Assembly: GCA_964106645.2 (NCBI GenBank)
Contig: OZ067045.1
Strand: one strand, 5' to 3'
Origin: Podarcis pityusensis
Taxonomy: Eukaryota
Length of the DNA: 64,000 nucleotides
The position numbers were made by a program, and so were the translations under genes. The stretch's first letter is position 1. Every line of letters begins with the position of its first letter. Below, piece by piece: positions 1 through 12,045 of this stretch. Below the pieces are notes generated by a model, which saw only the letters and a list, made by a program, of their open reading frames with translations, searched no databases and was not told the origin of the DNA.

Positions 1-2300
1 GACTCATCCAGGAGCATCTTCTTCCCTGTCTGTTCATGAATTATGCCACCATCCTGAAGCTGCATCAGCAATATTTTAAGGGTGCTGTCTTCTCCCAAGT
101 CTGTGGACAGTTTTGGTGATGCAGAACTATCAGTTTGATGGAAATGATCCATTTTTCCTTCCGTACTCAACTGTTCTTCCATAATATGGTCATCTGTAGA
201 TTTCCCTTCAGCTTGAAAAAGACTTTCAACTGATTCATTTCTCACTTTTCTAATACTTAGCCAGTTCACAGAGTCATCACCTGCTGCATCTTCTGCTGCA
301 AGAGTGACATTTTCAATAGCATTATCCTTCAAATTTTGAGATTCCTCTAGTTTCTCCAAATCAACTGTGGATATAACAGTTTCTTTTTCAACAGGATATA
401 TTTCAATACCAGTCTCCCACTCTTTGAAAACCATCTCTTCTGCCTGCATTTTTGCAAACATAACATTTTCACACAAGATCTCCACATTTGTGGATTCCAT
501 TTCAAAGCTGGAGTCCTTGATGGATTTGGACTCTGGCAGTTCAATTTCATGCCTGCTCTGGTTCATTGTCAGGTTTTGCTCTCTTCTGGAGTCATCCATT
601 TCACTTTTAAGGTTTCCTACAGAATCCTCTTTCATCTCTGGCATCTTTACATTCACACATTCTATTTCTTTCACTGGAAGTTTTCCAATTTCTATTTCAA
701 GTGTTTTGTTAGATGGACAAATTTCTGAGGGCATATATCCTTCAAGCTCTTCTTTGGACACTGATAAATTAAATTCAAATTCCTTCAAAGCGAATTCATT
801 ATGGGGTTTAGCAACCACAGTTATTGTCTTCCCATCCTCAAAATCATCCCATTGTTGGGGTTGGTTTTCACTAGTTTTTAAGGGATGGGCATTAGATCCA
901 TTATCTTGAGCTGTAACAAGCATTTCAGCAAGGTTACTTAACTCCCCATCTACAAGCAGCAATTTTTGGCCATTGCTGATGTTGACATAGCTGTGAGTCA
1001 TCAAATGAAACAATGTCCTTTCTTCACAGCTTCTTAGTGGACATTTGCTTTGGTTCTTAAGGTCCCCTGGGCTATCTGAGGGGGGGATACTCCTTTCCTG
1101 CCTGCTTGGAGAATCTGCAAGGGGCATGTTTGGCATGACATCAGGAAGGTGGATTGATTTCAGTTTCTCAATGGCATCTCTGTCCAGAATCCCACGATCA
1201 GCAGCTTTCTTCCAGGTCAGGATCTCTCTGGTTTGGGGTATGAAAAGTGCCTCAATGTGTTGCCGTTTGCTTAGAATCTTATGGGCTAGCTCAGAAGACA
1301 AAATGCCCTGCTCCAGGGCATCTGTAACAGGGAGAATCTCACCTGACTTGGGCTGCAGAAGACCCATAAATGACCAAAGGGATTCTAGAATCACTACAGC
1401 AATTCTTGATGCTACTAAGTCTTTCCTCACTGCTTCATCCAGCGAAAGCCTGTCTCCTGTAACCGTATCTATAATGCCACCTGTCTGCAGCTGTCGGACC
1501 AGAAGGGCACAAGCCAGATCTTGGTCAATCAGATTATGTCTTATGGCTTCATCCACAGTCAGCCGGTGGCCGCTTTTGGGGTCCACAATGCCACCAGCAA
1601 AGAGCTGTGCTTCCAGCAACCTCACAGTCACCTGCTTCTCTATTAGCCCTTCCTGAACTGCACGGAAGATGCTCACTTTTCGGCCTGAAGTTAAGCTCAC
1701 CATCCCACCTGCCAGCTGTTTCACTGGGAGCAGCCTCAATCCTGTCTCCTGGTGAAGGATGCACTGCTCCATCAGGTCGCTCAAGCTAATTTTCTTGGCT
1801 GAATTGGGGTCAATCAAGTCCTTGCAAGACCTCAGACGGGAAACCAACTTCCCATGAAGGCGGGTGGTAATGCTTCCTCTTTGAAGAGCCTCTTCTAAGC
1901 TGATCCTGCTTTGACTGGAAGAGTCTATAAACCCACCAGTGAGAATCTGCACTTCTGCGATTTTCAGCCCAACGCTTTCACTGATGGTTCCATCTTCCAT
2001 TGCAGCCACAAGTGGAAGAAGCTGCCTCCCTTTGGCATCTGTGTTGTCTACCAGCTGGACGGCACTCTGCAGTTCCTCCAGTAGTTTGTAGATCCTGTCG
2101 TTTATGATGCCTCGTGCCAGGCCTTCTGCCAAAGGGAGCTTTTCACTGGTATTGGGAACCACAAGGCCAGCTGTGATCACCTGCGCTTCCAGCAGTATAA
2201 GGCCTGTTTCTTGGTCTAGGAGACCTTTCTGCATGGCCCCCCAAACAGAAAAGACTTCCATCGTGCCAAGGTCCAGCACTCCTGCCACAGTCTCAATTCC
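1..2300 (-). CDS. MACF1: MACF1 giant plectin-repeat exon (MACF1b type), 5' part; continues beyond window
   Basis: Long pyrimidine tract then ctttag|GGA. Reads GIETVAGVLDLGTMEVFSVWGAMQKGLLDQETGLILLEAQ...RLLEAQLFAGGIVDPKSGHRLTVDEA...QLQTGGIIDTVTG (plectin repeats), then an acidic spacer, then QLQDGGIIHEQTGKKMLLDE at the window edge in the same frame. Confidence 0.95.
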
Positions 2301-5300
2301 CTAAAGAGAGGGAGGGGAGAGGGGAGAAAGAGGGGGAAAAGTTCAAGAACAGAGAAGCCACTATGAAGGTGTTTGTTAACTATAAAGCACCCCCAGTCCA
2401 ATGATGTCTCAGTCTTTTAAGGTACTAGAGAGCAGATTCCCCAATGGATAAGGATTTTTCTTGTAAGATTTTGGTTTCGGAAGTTGTTTGGAGCTCAATC
2501 TAGCCAGCCGTAAGTGGCTACTCTGAGACATTTCGGACACCCATTGAGAGGAGCAAAGCAGCCAAAGCAGCGAGATGGACCGAGTGGTCAGGATGTTTCA
2601 CATAAATATACAAAGACAGATGGGGAAAGAGAGAGAGTGCCATGCACTCGCCACCCTTTGGGCATTTATATATGCAGAAAGAGAGACAGGTTGCACAGAA
2701 GAGCCACAAGACAGGGTCACCAACAGGAAGCAAAGGGAAAGGGAGGAGGGGAAGTGGCACAAGCTTAGCCCCCTCCTCAAGCTTCCCATAAGCTTAGTAC
2801 CCACACACAGGCATGAAAAGTGGCAGACCATGGAAGAAGAGGCAGCCATGCCACTGAGCTCTTTCCCCTGACCACTTAAATGGCAGCCTCTCACATTTCA
2901 GCACAACTTTCACCCTCACCATGGTGTTTCAGAAGGCTTCACAGCCCTGTCTCATGACATGTCAAAATCCAGCCTAGAATAAGCAAGTACTGTGGGCAAG
3001 GGGTGTGTGTGTGTGAAAACACTGGAACCAACTTGAACAGGTATCAAGGTGCAACAAGGACCTCAGACACTGCTCACACCTACACCTAGCAGTGATTTCC
3101 CAACAACATCCCTGAGATTCCTTAGTCTTCTGTGCGGAGGCAGATCATGGAAGACAAACTGCCTGAAGGACCCAGCTTGTCTGCCATTAGTCATCTCTCC
3201 ATCACAATTGCAGTTACAGGAAGGGCAAGCCAGGAGGCGCTTTCGGCTCATCCAGTGCAACTACTGTATTCTGCAGATGAGATGCTTTAGCTGGTAAACT
3301 AATGGTGAAAGGAGGCCAACACATCTCAATGCGTTTCTTCCAAACATAAGCTGGTTTGCATACAATTCTAAGCCATGATTTGATTAAGCCACAGTTTACT
3401 TAACAACCCACCAGTCAACTACAAGTTAACAGATGGTCAAACAAGGCACAATTTATTCCTCAAAAGTTTGGTTTGCTTTCCAGCTCCTCTTGCCTTGTTG
3501 AACATCTGACTGAAACAAACCATGGCAAAGGAAGGATGCCGAGTTTGCCTGTAACACCAGGCCATAGTTAAAACAAACCAAGGTTTGTAAGTGAGCAATA
3601 AACCATGGATTGAAATCATGGATTGTTAGAAGAAAACAAATTAAGCTACTTGGCAAAGTCAGCACAAAATGCCAAGTTTAGCACTGTGTGCAAACTAGGT
3701 CACAGGCTCATCACAGGAAGTTTTCAAAAGCTGAGCCTAACCCCACCCCCACAGCTGATGGAGGGAAGGAGCATAACGATACTCCTTTGAGGAGATACAA
3801 AAGGGGGGATGTCAGTTCTAAGGATGACAGAATATATGTAGTGGAGACCACAGATATTTATAGAAATGACTTGAAGGACTTACCCAAGGACACTGCAGTT
3901 GAGCTTATGGCTATGCTGCAGTTTGAACTAAGAGCCTCCCAACATGCCCAGAACTCTATCCCCTAGAGCACACAACGGGAATTTCATGGACTCTTAACCT
4001 GCACTTTTGCGCTAAATCGGAAATCTGGTGAAGGTAGTTTAGCTGGGAAAAGGGAGGGGGATGTAGCACTACGGAGACTTGTGGAATCGTCACACCTTGG
4101 CCATCTCCAGCCTGCACTGCACATAAACCCATATTTGGGGGAGTGGTACAGATGCCATATTGGCTGGGGACTGGACTTCACTATGTCCATGGAGGCCTGC
4201 TTGCCATCCAGACCATGGCTGCAGCTTGCAGGCAAACAAGCCTGATAAGGCATCCAGACTTCCTAAGAAGAGGCTGTGGTCTTTCTGGCTCCAAATTGGC
4301 AGAGCTAAGAGGTGGCCCTGACAAAGCTCCATTTCATGGCCCAGCAGGGCAGGGGCAGGGACCCACTGGAAAGGCCTACAAAGCCTTCTTGCACCACAAA
4401 CAAGACTCCAAACATGCACATCCAGATATTAAAATCAGCAAGAGAAGAAAAGAGAGAGAAAAGAGGAGAAGGACAGGAGTCATAAAAGGCTTTTTACTTA
4501 CCAGAGTTGTGGGGTTTGCCGTGAGCAGTGAAAGAAGACAGAGCCTTTATGGAGCAGCTCAGCCGTATGGCACACACAGTGTAAAAGCTGGGGGGTGTTA
4601 GCATCCGGCATGCGACTGTTTGTTTTGCACAAAAAAGTAGAAAGAACAATATCCCCCCCAAAACACACACACCACTTTTTCTCATTTCCTGAGTGAGGCT
4701 TTTGGTGTGACCTCCAGATTGTTAGTTTTAAAAAACGACAACACAAAATTGGAAGCAAGGATGGCAGTTAATCTGAACAGTAATTCCACATGAACACAAA
4801 CCAAACAGGGACACATCATGCTCAATGCAGAGAGTTCTGTCATTTTGGTTTTGGCGTGCAGTTTCCCATTGCTTTGAACCAGACATTTTCAACCAAGATC
4901 TAGAGATTCTTCCATGAGCAAAAAAGGTTTTCAAATGGCTCCCCAAAGGATTCCTACAATTGTGACGCACTCAAACCAAAGTAAAAGGTAAATCCACACA
5001 TAAGTGGAGACGTCTAAAAGCAGCTTTCACCCACCTGGTACCCTCCAGATGTTTTGGGCTACAGCCCCATTCACCCCAGTCAACACAATCACACGGGACT
5101 GGGGCTGACGGAAGTTCCAGTCCAAAGCATCTGGAGGGAGCCACATTGGTGACAGCAGGTCTACAGCTTCCTTGGGAAAATCCATTCCTCTCTGGTCACT
5201 CTGCTCCACTCTGGCCTTTCTTCTTTAGACCCCTGCTAGTTCACATGCGTCTCCTGCAGTGGGCAGCCAGAATCAAAGTGTGCTGGCTCCCAGTGAGTTA

Positions 5301-6781
5301 CAAGAGGGAACAATGTGAGCAGATCAGTATGGCCTTTTCCATGGAACCTCCTACCCCTGTACAGCTGGTGCTGCAGGAAGGCAGATGATATGGTGGTCTT
5401 CAGATCAGGGGGCAACTGATATATATCTAAAACATTTTAATGCTTCAGTGACAGAAGTGGTTATATTTACTGAAATGCTGCCATCCCATACAACCTTTAG
5501 CCCAAATACTAAAAAGGGCAACAGTGCTTTCTTCCTGGCTTAATAGGTTCGTTAGTGCTTCAAGACACAGGGAGGTAGCAAGCGTCAAAACATAACTCCA
5601 CACAGATATACATATTGCATTGGACACATGAATACCACACTTACGTACATGTAATATACAGAGTATACCCAGGCAGGACTCCAGAAGAACAAACCAAGAA
5701 ACACAGATGGGACAGATGTTCAAATACATTTTTGCCAGAAGGGAGGGTGGCATATAGTGGAGCTCAGAAGTGTGTGGAAGAAATGTATGAAATATTTTCT
5801 GGCAGTGAAGTATCCTATTATTGGAATAACACAGCACTGTCATCCCATGAGGGTGGGGAGGTGAGGAGGGGGAGAAAGAGATTTGTTTTCCTCTTGTTTG
5901 CTTCAGATTAGAAGCATGCATTATACTTAAGTCAGGTTCTTGGTTCCCTTTGCTGGCTTTTCTGTTCCACTCCATGACCTCACTTGCCTCCCTTAGCTTC
6001 TCCCCCCACACCCCCAATCGTAACTGTTAGTAACAGAGCTGGCCCAGCCATTAAAGAGCTACTGGGTCTTGGAACAGCCTCTGATCCTTTCTCTCTTTCT
6101 ATCTCTCTTTTCTTTGCTACCTGCCTACTTACCTGCCCCTGACACCTGAACTCTTCACCTAAACTGGGTCTGCAAAACTCTAGGCTGCTATAATTTATGC
6201 CTTTAAATTCATGCTGAAAACTTCTTTTGCGGCAGTGCTGCAAAGCTTATAATGCAATTCATCATCATCACCATAGGTGAAAGGCATCCTTGGAAATCTC
6301 CAGTCCCAGATTACATGGGGAATGCACTCGTTTTCAGAGTACTGCTGAAGAAACAAGATGGGGTGGCCAAAGTTTTATATTTTTCCCTAAGAGAATGCAT
6401 CAGCTAGCAGCTTTCCTCTTCACTTTAGCATGGTTGCAAAGGAACCTGAGTATTCCAAAGGCACAGGAGCCCTCCATGGGCAAGGAGTCTGGCAACCCTA
6501 GTCTGTCATCCGCCCAAATCAACAAGTTTATGAAACTCTCTCCTGTCTCGTCCTTCAGAAACCAACTCAGCAAAGGAGGAACCTCTTCAGAATGCAGAAG
6601 ATGGGAGAGAATGGGATGGAGATGACTAATAAGGATTTTCAAAAGCCATCAGGGCTGTGGATGAAGGGACAAGTGCTGCCAAGAACAGATTCTCTCTCCC
6701 ACCCCTGGGGAGGGAAAGAAAGAAAGAAAGAAAGAATATCACAAACTGGGGAGGATCCTGGGATGGAGAGAGGAGGGATAC

Positions 6782-6917
6782 CTTATGGGCAGTCTCCTGG
6801 GCCATGTGACTTTGGAGCTGCTGGAGCTGTTCAGTGGAGTCAGAGCACAGCTGGTCATAAGTCTTCTTGAGAACATCCAGCTGGGTCACAATGTGTTCCT
6901 TCTCCTGGGCAGAAAGC
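6782..6917 (-). CDS. MACF1: MACF1 exon (LSAQEKEHIV...AQETAHK)
   Basis: ctgcag|G ... AAG|gtatcc; 136 nt. Confidence 0.95.
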
Positions 6918-7424
6918 CTGCAGGTTGGCACATAAGAGACATCTCTTGATATAAGCATGGCAATTGTAAAACCCTAAAAGGATGCCTGCTGAGATCATGG
7001 GTTGCAATATAGCTTCAGGCCTGTAATATATTGAGTGGAGGAAGTGGCCAATTTAGCCCTATACTGCTTACTCCAACTGGCAGGCTCCAGGAATCCTGAT
7101 GCAGAGGTCAACCCTGGCACCTTATACATTCAAAGCATGTGCTGCCTCATTGAGGTGCAAACTAACACCTCTGTGGTCAAGTCAAAAACACTCCATCAGC
7201 AACGACAGCCTGGAAATTTCCTCCCTAGCTCCTGTGTTTCTACAGGACATCCATTTCAAATTTCCATCTTTGTTTTCTCAGGATGACAGCATAAAACACT
7301 GTGAGAAGTTAAGTGAATTTAAAAATAGGGAAAATGCAAGCTTAAACTCCATCCTTTGCAACAACTAAATCTGCAATAAAGCAAACAAATTTAATTCTTT
7401 CTGACTGATGTTCTCCCAACTCAC

Positions 7425-7513
7425 TTGTGTCCATGCTTTGCAAGGAAGATCTGAGCAGTTTTGATAGCTTCTGAGACTTGCTCCTGCTTTGTAACCAATT
7501 CCTCATTTAGAAC
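7425..7513 (-). CDS. MACF1: MACF1 exon (VLNEELVTKQEQVSEAIKTAQIFLAKHGHK)
   Basis: catcag|GTT ... AA|gtgagt; 89 nt. Confidence 0.96.
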
Positions 7514-8262
7514 CTGATGAGAAGGAGGAGAGCAAGAAGGGTGACACATCTCTAAGATCTAGTGACACATGTCCAAGCACTGGAAGAAGCTCAAGGGCCA
7601 GTGACTCAGTGCAGCCTTCCCAGCAATGTTGGCTGGAACTGATAGGAGTTATAGTCCAAAACATCTGGAAGGCACCAGATCAGCACAGACTGGACTAGTA
7701 AATCTAAATAGATCACTAGTTCCCAGCATCAGAATTAATCAGCTATTGTCTTTAAAAAACCCATCAGAAGTTCAAAATAGGTCACAGTTATAATTTGGAG
7801 ATTTAAGAAACTAGGTAATTAGTAAAAGGAATGAACCTCCATTTGGAGTAATATTTGAAGCAGAGAATTCTTTCTGAAGAAAACAGCTTCAGAGAGAGAA
7901 GGGGGAAAACCAGACAAAAATCAGTGACTATTTCCAGAAGGGCAGAGGTTTATTCAGGCAAAAACTCACACAACAGTTTGTTCATTAAGGCCAGAAGAAC
8001 AAAAATGAAAAAATAAATCCAACTTCAAGCAAAGCAGAAAATGAACTGAGCCCCTGAGGAAGTGGAGGAGCTCACATCCGGTGGAAAGGAAGACGTTTTC
8101 TGCCTTCTTCAAGTGACTAGGAGTTAGCAACCCACCGGGTGATGTCCTACTGCCCACTAGAGAGATAAACCCAGCAGGATTGACCTAGGCTTAGTCTGGT
8201 ATTGCTGACACACACTGGAAAAGGATCAAAGGAAGTGAGAGGCACCCCCTGCCCTTACACAC

Positions 8263-8415
8263 CTGCTGCTCCAAGATGGACTTCTCAATATCTCCAAGCT
8301 CTTTGCCCTTCGGTGGGACACTTTTGAACTGTGCACTCTGTTTGAAACCCATGACCCAGCCCAGGAGTTCCTTCACTTTGTCCACATGCTCTTGCTTCTC
8401 CTCCTCCACAACTTT
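8263..8415 (-). CDS. MACF1: MACF1 exon (KVVEEEKQEHV...SILEQQ)
   Basis: ttgcag|AAA ... CAG|gtgtgt; 153 nt. Confidence 0.96.
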
Positions 8416-9136
8416 CTGCAAGAAGAAAAAAAAGAGAGAGATGGAATATGGCCACATAAATGTATGCAACAAAATCAAATACTTCTTATAGGCATAACAT
8501 GCTAAAAAATGTGCTGGTTCTATGTCAGTAAGCCTTTGCTAGATATTAGCTAAGCTGTTATGCCACGGAATGCTCACAAACATTCTCACTTGCTTGGGAT
8601 AGATGTATCAAGAACAAAACACTGACACAGTGTAGGTTCTGTGGGTGAAGTGAAAGTTAACCTGGTTGGAGGTTACATACAATGTAAGAATATGGTGTTG
8701 GTGGGGAGGCAGATGGATAATGTGTGAACAGGAGTTTGGGGGAGGGGGATTAAGTGGGAAAATCTCTGGACAGGGGACTGAAAAGCAAGGGCCTAAAGTA
8801 TACATAGAGAGAAGTGGCGGGTCCTTGAGGAAAAAACTAAAGGGCAACTATATTGGGTTAAGGAAGGGCAAGGGAGAGAGATGGTTAGAAAAGAACAACT
8901 CCTCACATAAGGCTTAGGGAAAGGAATGACTGCAAGTATTAGCAAGAAGCTGATGGTTTTGTGACTCTATGCCAACCAAAGAGCCCTTCTAACTGTTGCA
9001 GCCCTGATGCCTTCAAAGGAAAGGGACCAAAACTCCCAAGATCACATGTGGCAAAACCCACTGCCTAACCCCAGTGGGCCACAATGGATTCACGATGCAG
9101 ACACCACAGAGCAGCCACTATAAAATATATCCTTAC

Positions 9137-9235
9137 TTCTTCCTCTTCCAGGCGCCGAAGAGCATCACTGATGTACTTCACGTGCTGCGTGGTCAATGTG
9201 ACCAGAGCTGTGTAGCGTGTGCGCAGGTCCATGAA
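9137..9235 (-). CDS. MACF1: MACF1 exon ([33 protein letters not shown])
   Basis: ttccag|TTC ... GAA|gtaagg; 99 nt. Confidence 0.96.
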
Positions 9236-10629
9236 CTGGAAGGGTGGGGTGGAGAGAGAACACAAGAGAAAAACAACACCACAAAGAACGTGGTTGTTAA
9301 AGCCAATGAATGACAGAGCATCCAACTTCCCACTTTGCTCCGAACATGCAGCCTTTCTCATTCTGGAGAACAGGGAAATGCCCTCACACACTGCACAATC
9401 TGATGGACATTTCTACAGAGCCAGCGAAGTGCAGCAATCTTTGAGACAGAGCATGTGTGCATCTTAAAATAACAGTTAAATACGGAATGGGAGAAGGAAG
9501 AAATGCTGAAGACAGCCTCTCTGCATTTTCAAGGAAGAAAGGCAGCTTTGAGAGCCATCCCAGGGTGGTTTCTAGCTGGAAGAAGAACTCTGCCATCTTG
9601 CACATGGATGTGAAATCTGGATGCTTCTCTCCTGTATATCTCTTTCCCCAAAATGTTAGGGTGAGGAAGACAGCCATATCCTGAAATAGCCCAGTTCTGC
9701 CAGCAGGACCAAGACGCCCTCTCTCTCTCTCTGTGTGTGTAGAAGACTGCTGAAGCTAAGGAATTCTAGCCTTGTAAAGTGGTCCTGTGCAAGGCTACCA
9801 GGGAACAATTTGCTCTGAGGTCTGCGGGAAAAGGCCAGGGTTTCAAGGTTCCTGCATTGCAGGGGTTGGACTAGATGACTCTAAGCATCCCTTCCAACAC
9901 TACAATTCTATGATTCTAAGAAGGAGAGCCCCAATCTGTTTAATCAGGGTGGAAGCAAAGAACAAAAACCTCACTTGGGGCCACCCCCAACACAAACTCA
10001 GTGCAGAAACTCAAAGAGACAACTTGCTCAGCACCCCAGGCTTCCATATGGAGCAACAGCCAGTTGAGATTTCTCTTGCTGGCTCTTTTTCTTTGGGTGC
10101 TTCCAGACAGGGGCTTAATTTGCAAATGGGTGATTGGCAACAGGGTTTTTTAAAATAAAAAATCCAGATCAAAAAGGGGGGGCAAAGGGGGACATAGGCT
10201 AGCATTTTGATGCTGACAATGTCTTGGGGATGCTGCAAAAACACTGTGCATGCATGAGAAGCACCAATCTGATAACCAAACACCCATCTGGAAGCACCCT
10301 TGGACTCATCCAAAAGATCCACACACAGCGAACTGCATGGTGCTCTTTATTTACCTTGCAGGTGGCAGAGCTGGGTCGATCCCTGTAGGGATTTGAACCC
10401 GTGGTTCCAAGAAGTCTACGTATGCCAGACCCTGATGCTTAGAGCTTAGAGCCTCTGTGGCTGACAGAAAAGACAGTGAGGGTGGAAACTTTTACACACG
10501 GGTTCAGGAGGAGAGGCAGGAGTGCCACATGTCCATCTACTCAGGAAACTGAGCAAGCCCTCACCTCCCCTGCCCCACTCCACTTCCAGCCTAGAGAACA
10601 CACTAGCCAGCAGCGGCCAGGCCCCTCAC

Positions 10630-10737
10630 CTCCTGCGTGATGGCATCGGAGGAGGAAAGCATGCGCCGGCGCTTCACGGGGGACTTCTGCTGAGATTCCA
10701 CAAACGCACGGTACGTCATCAGCTGCAGCTCATAGTC
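10630..10737 (-). CDS. MACF1: MACF1 exon ([36 protein letters not shown])
   Basis: tgtcag|GAC ... GAG|gtgagg; 108 nt. Confidence 0.96.
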
Positions 10738-10921
10738 CTGACAATGCAAAAATGGAAATATGGGAATTTCAGTTCACAAACCCCACATTTAGTACTGCCA
10801 CATAAAGCAGAAAATGAAAAACAGAATCCCAAAGCAAATTGAGCAGGCGTGTATACGAGAGATTCCTTGGGATGAAGGGCACTCTTGAAAAAGAAGTAAA
10901 AAAATAAAGATGCCACACAAT

Positions 10922-11343
10922 GCCCTTGTTCACATGTAACGCAAAGCCACACCATGGCTTAGCATGAATGAGGAAACATGAGGCCTCCCACAGAGATCGC
11001 AGTGGCTTTGAGACTTCATGTTTGTTTTGCTGCTGTGCTATGCTGAGCTAAGCTGTGGTTTGGCTTAACGTGTCATCTGAAACCAGGCTACTGGATTTAG
11101 CTCTCCGGACAAACCACAAGTTGTAAACCATAGGATAAACATTAGTTAAAGTTCTTGGTTTGTCTGCGGAGAGCTAAACCACAAGCCTAGGTTCAGAAAA
11201 CACGCTAAGCCAAACCATGGCTTAGAAAAAGGAAGCACAGCAGCAAAACAACTACAGAGGAACACAGGACCTGTGTTCTCCCCCCACCCAGGAGTCCACC
11301 TGCTAAATTATGATTCGGCTTAGCATTACATGTGAACTGGGCC
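10922..11343. mobile_element. Old palindromic MITE (PIF/Harbinger-like ends)
   Basis: Ends gcccttgttcacatgtaacgcaaagcc / ggcttagcattacatgtgaactgggc are inverted, with inner arms also complementary. Related copies near 15175-15560, 3330-3680 and 13150-13360. Confidence 0.6.
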
Positions 11344-11344
11344 A

Positions 11345-11382
<38 letters not shown>

Positions 11383-11409
11383 TACTACTACTACTACTAC
11401 TACTACTAC
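11345..11409. repeat. Compound (TTA)n(CTA)n microsatellite
   Basis: Seen directly. Confidence 0.95.
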
Positions 11410-11589
11410 ATTTTCCATTTTTCTGTTCACACATCTTGTTTCGCCCACATACAATATTTCTGTACAGACTTCCCAACCTAGCATTCCATGGCATTCATAA
11501 TAAATCTAAATTTGCTGCATCTCCATTTATTTATCCACCCTACTTTTATCCCTTCTAGACCATTGTTGTAGTTGACTGCTGTTCATATG

Positions 11590-12033
11590 CCGTATTGGCC
11601 CGAATATAGGCCGCACCCACAAATAAGCCGCACCTTTAAAATTCGGGGGGGGGGGGAGAGAAAAAGACAATACCCGAATATAAGCTGCTCCTTTAAAATT
11701 GGGTTACAGGCTGAAAATTGCTGCGGTTGGTAGAATTGTAACTCCATGCCAATTTAAGCCTTTGATCTTGCAAGTTACCATACAATCGCTAAAATCACAA
11801 ATCACTATTCAATTGCTACAATTCCGCAGGCACTCACACCCATAAATGGCAAATGAACAGTCTCAAACTCACAAATCAGCAATAAAATATTTTTGTGTTC
11901 TGTTTCACCGTATGTCTGTTTCAGCAGCAATATAAAAGCCAATTTTTGTAAGGTCACAAATTTAAGCTGCACTTTAACTTTTCACAGTCGGAATTTGGGG
12001 GGGAAAGTGCGGCTTATATTCAGGCCAATATGG
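11590..12033. mobile_element. Non-autonomous pogo/Tc2-like DNA transposon
   Basis: ~27-bp TIRs ccgtattggcccgaatataggccgcac / gtgcggcttatattcaggccaatatgg; TA on right, TG on left. Confidence 0.8.
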
Positions 12034-12045
12034 TAATTACCACTA

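Noticed and set aside
367-1656. Plus-strand ORFs of 180 aa and 203 aa
   Set aside because: Antisense shadows of the MACF1 giant exon; Ser-rich, non-ATG starts, no domain recognised
6127-6140. CAG|GTAAGT as a recursive splice site
   Set aside because: The preceding bases are purine-rich (aggggcag) with no pyrimidine tract, so it is treated as a plain donor
11303-11558. Poly-Leu/Asn/Ser ORFs (also poly-Arg/Leu at 31755-32161, poly-Tyr at 20912-21280)
   Set aside because: Translations of microsatellites
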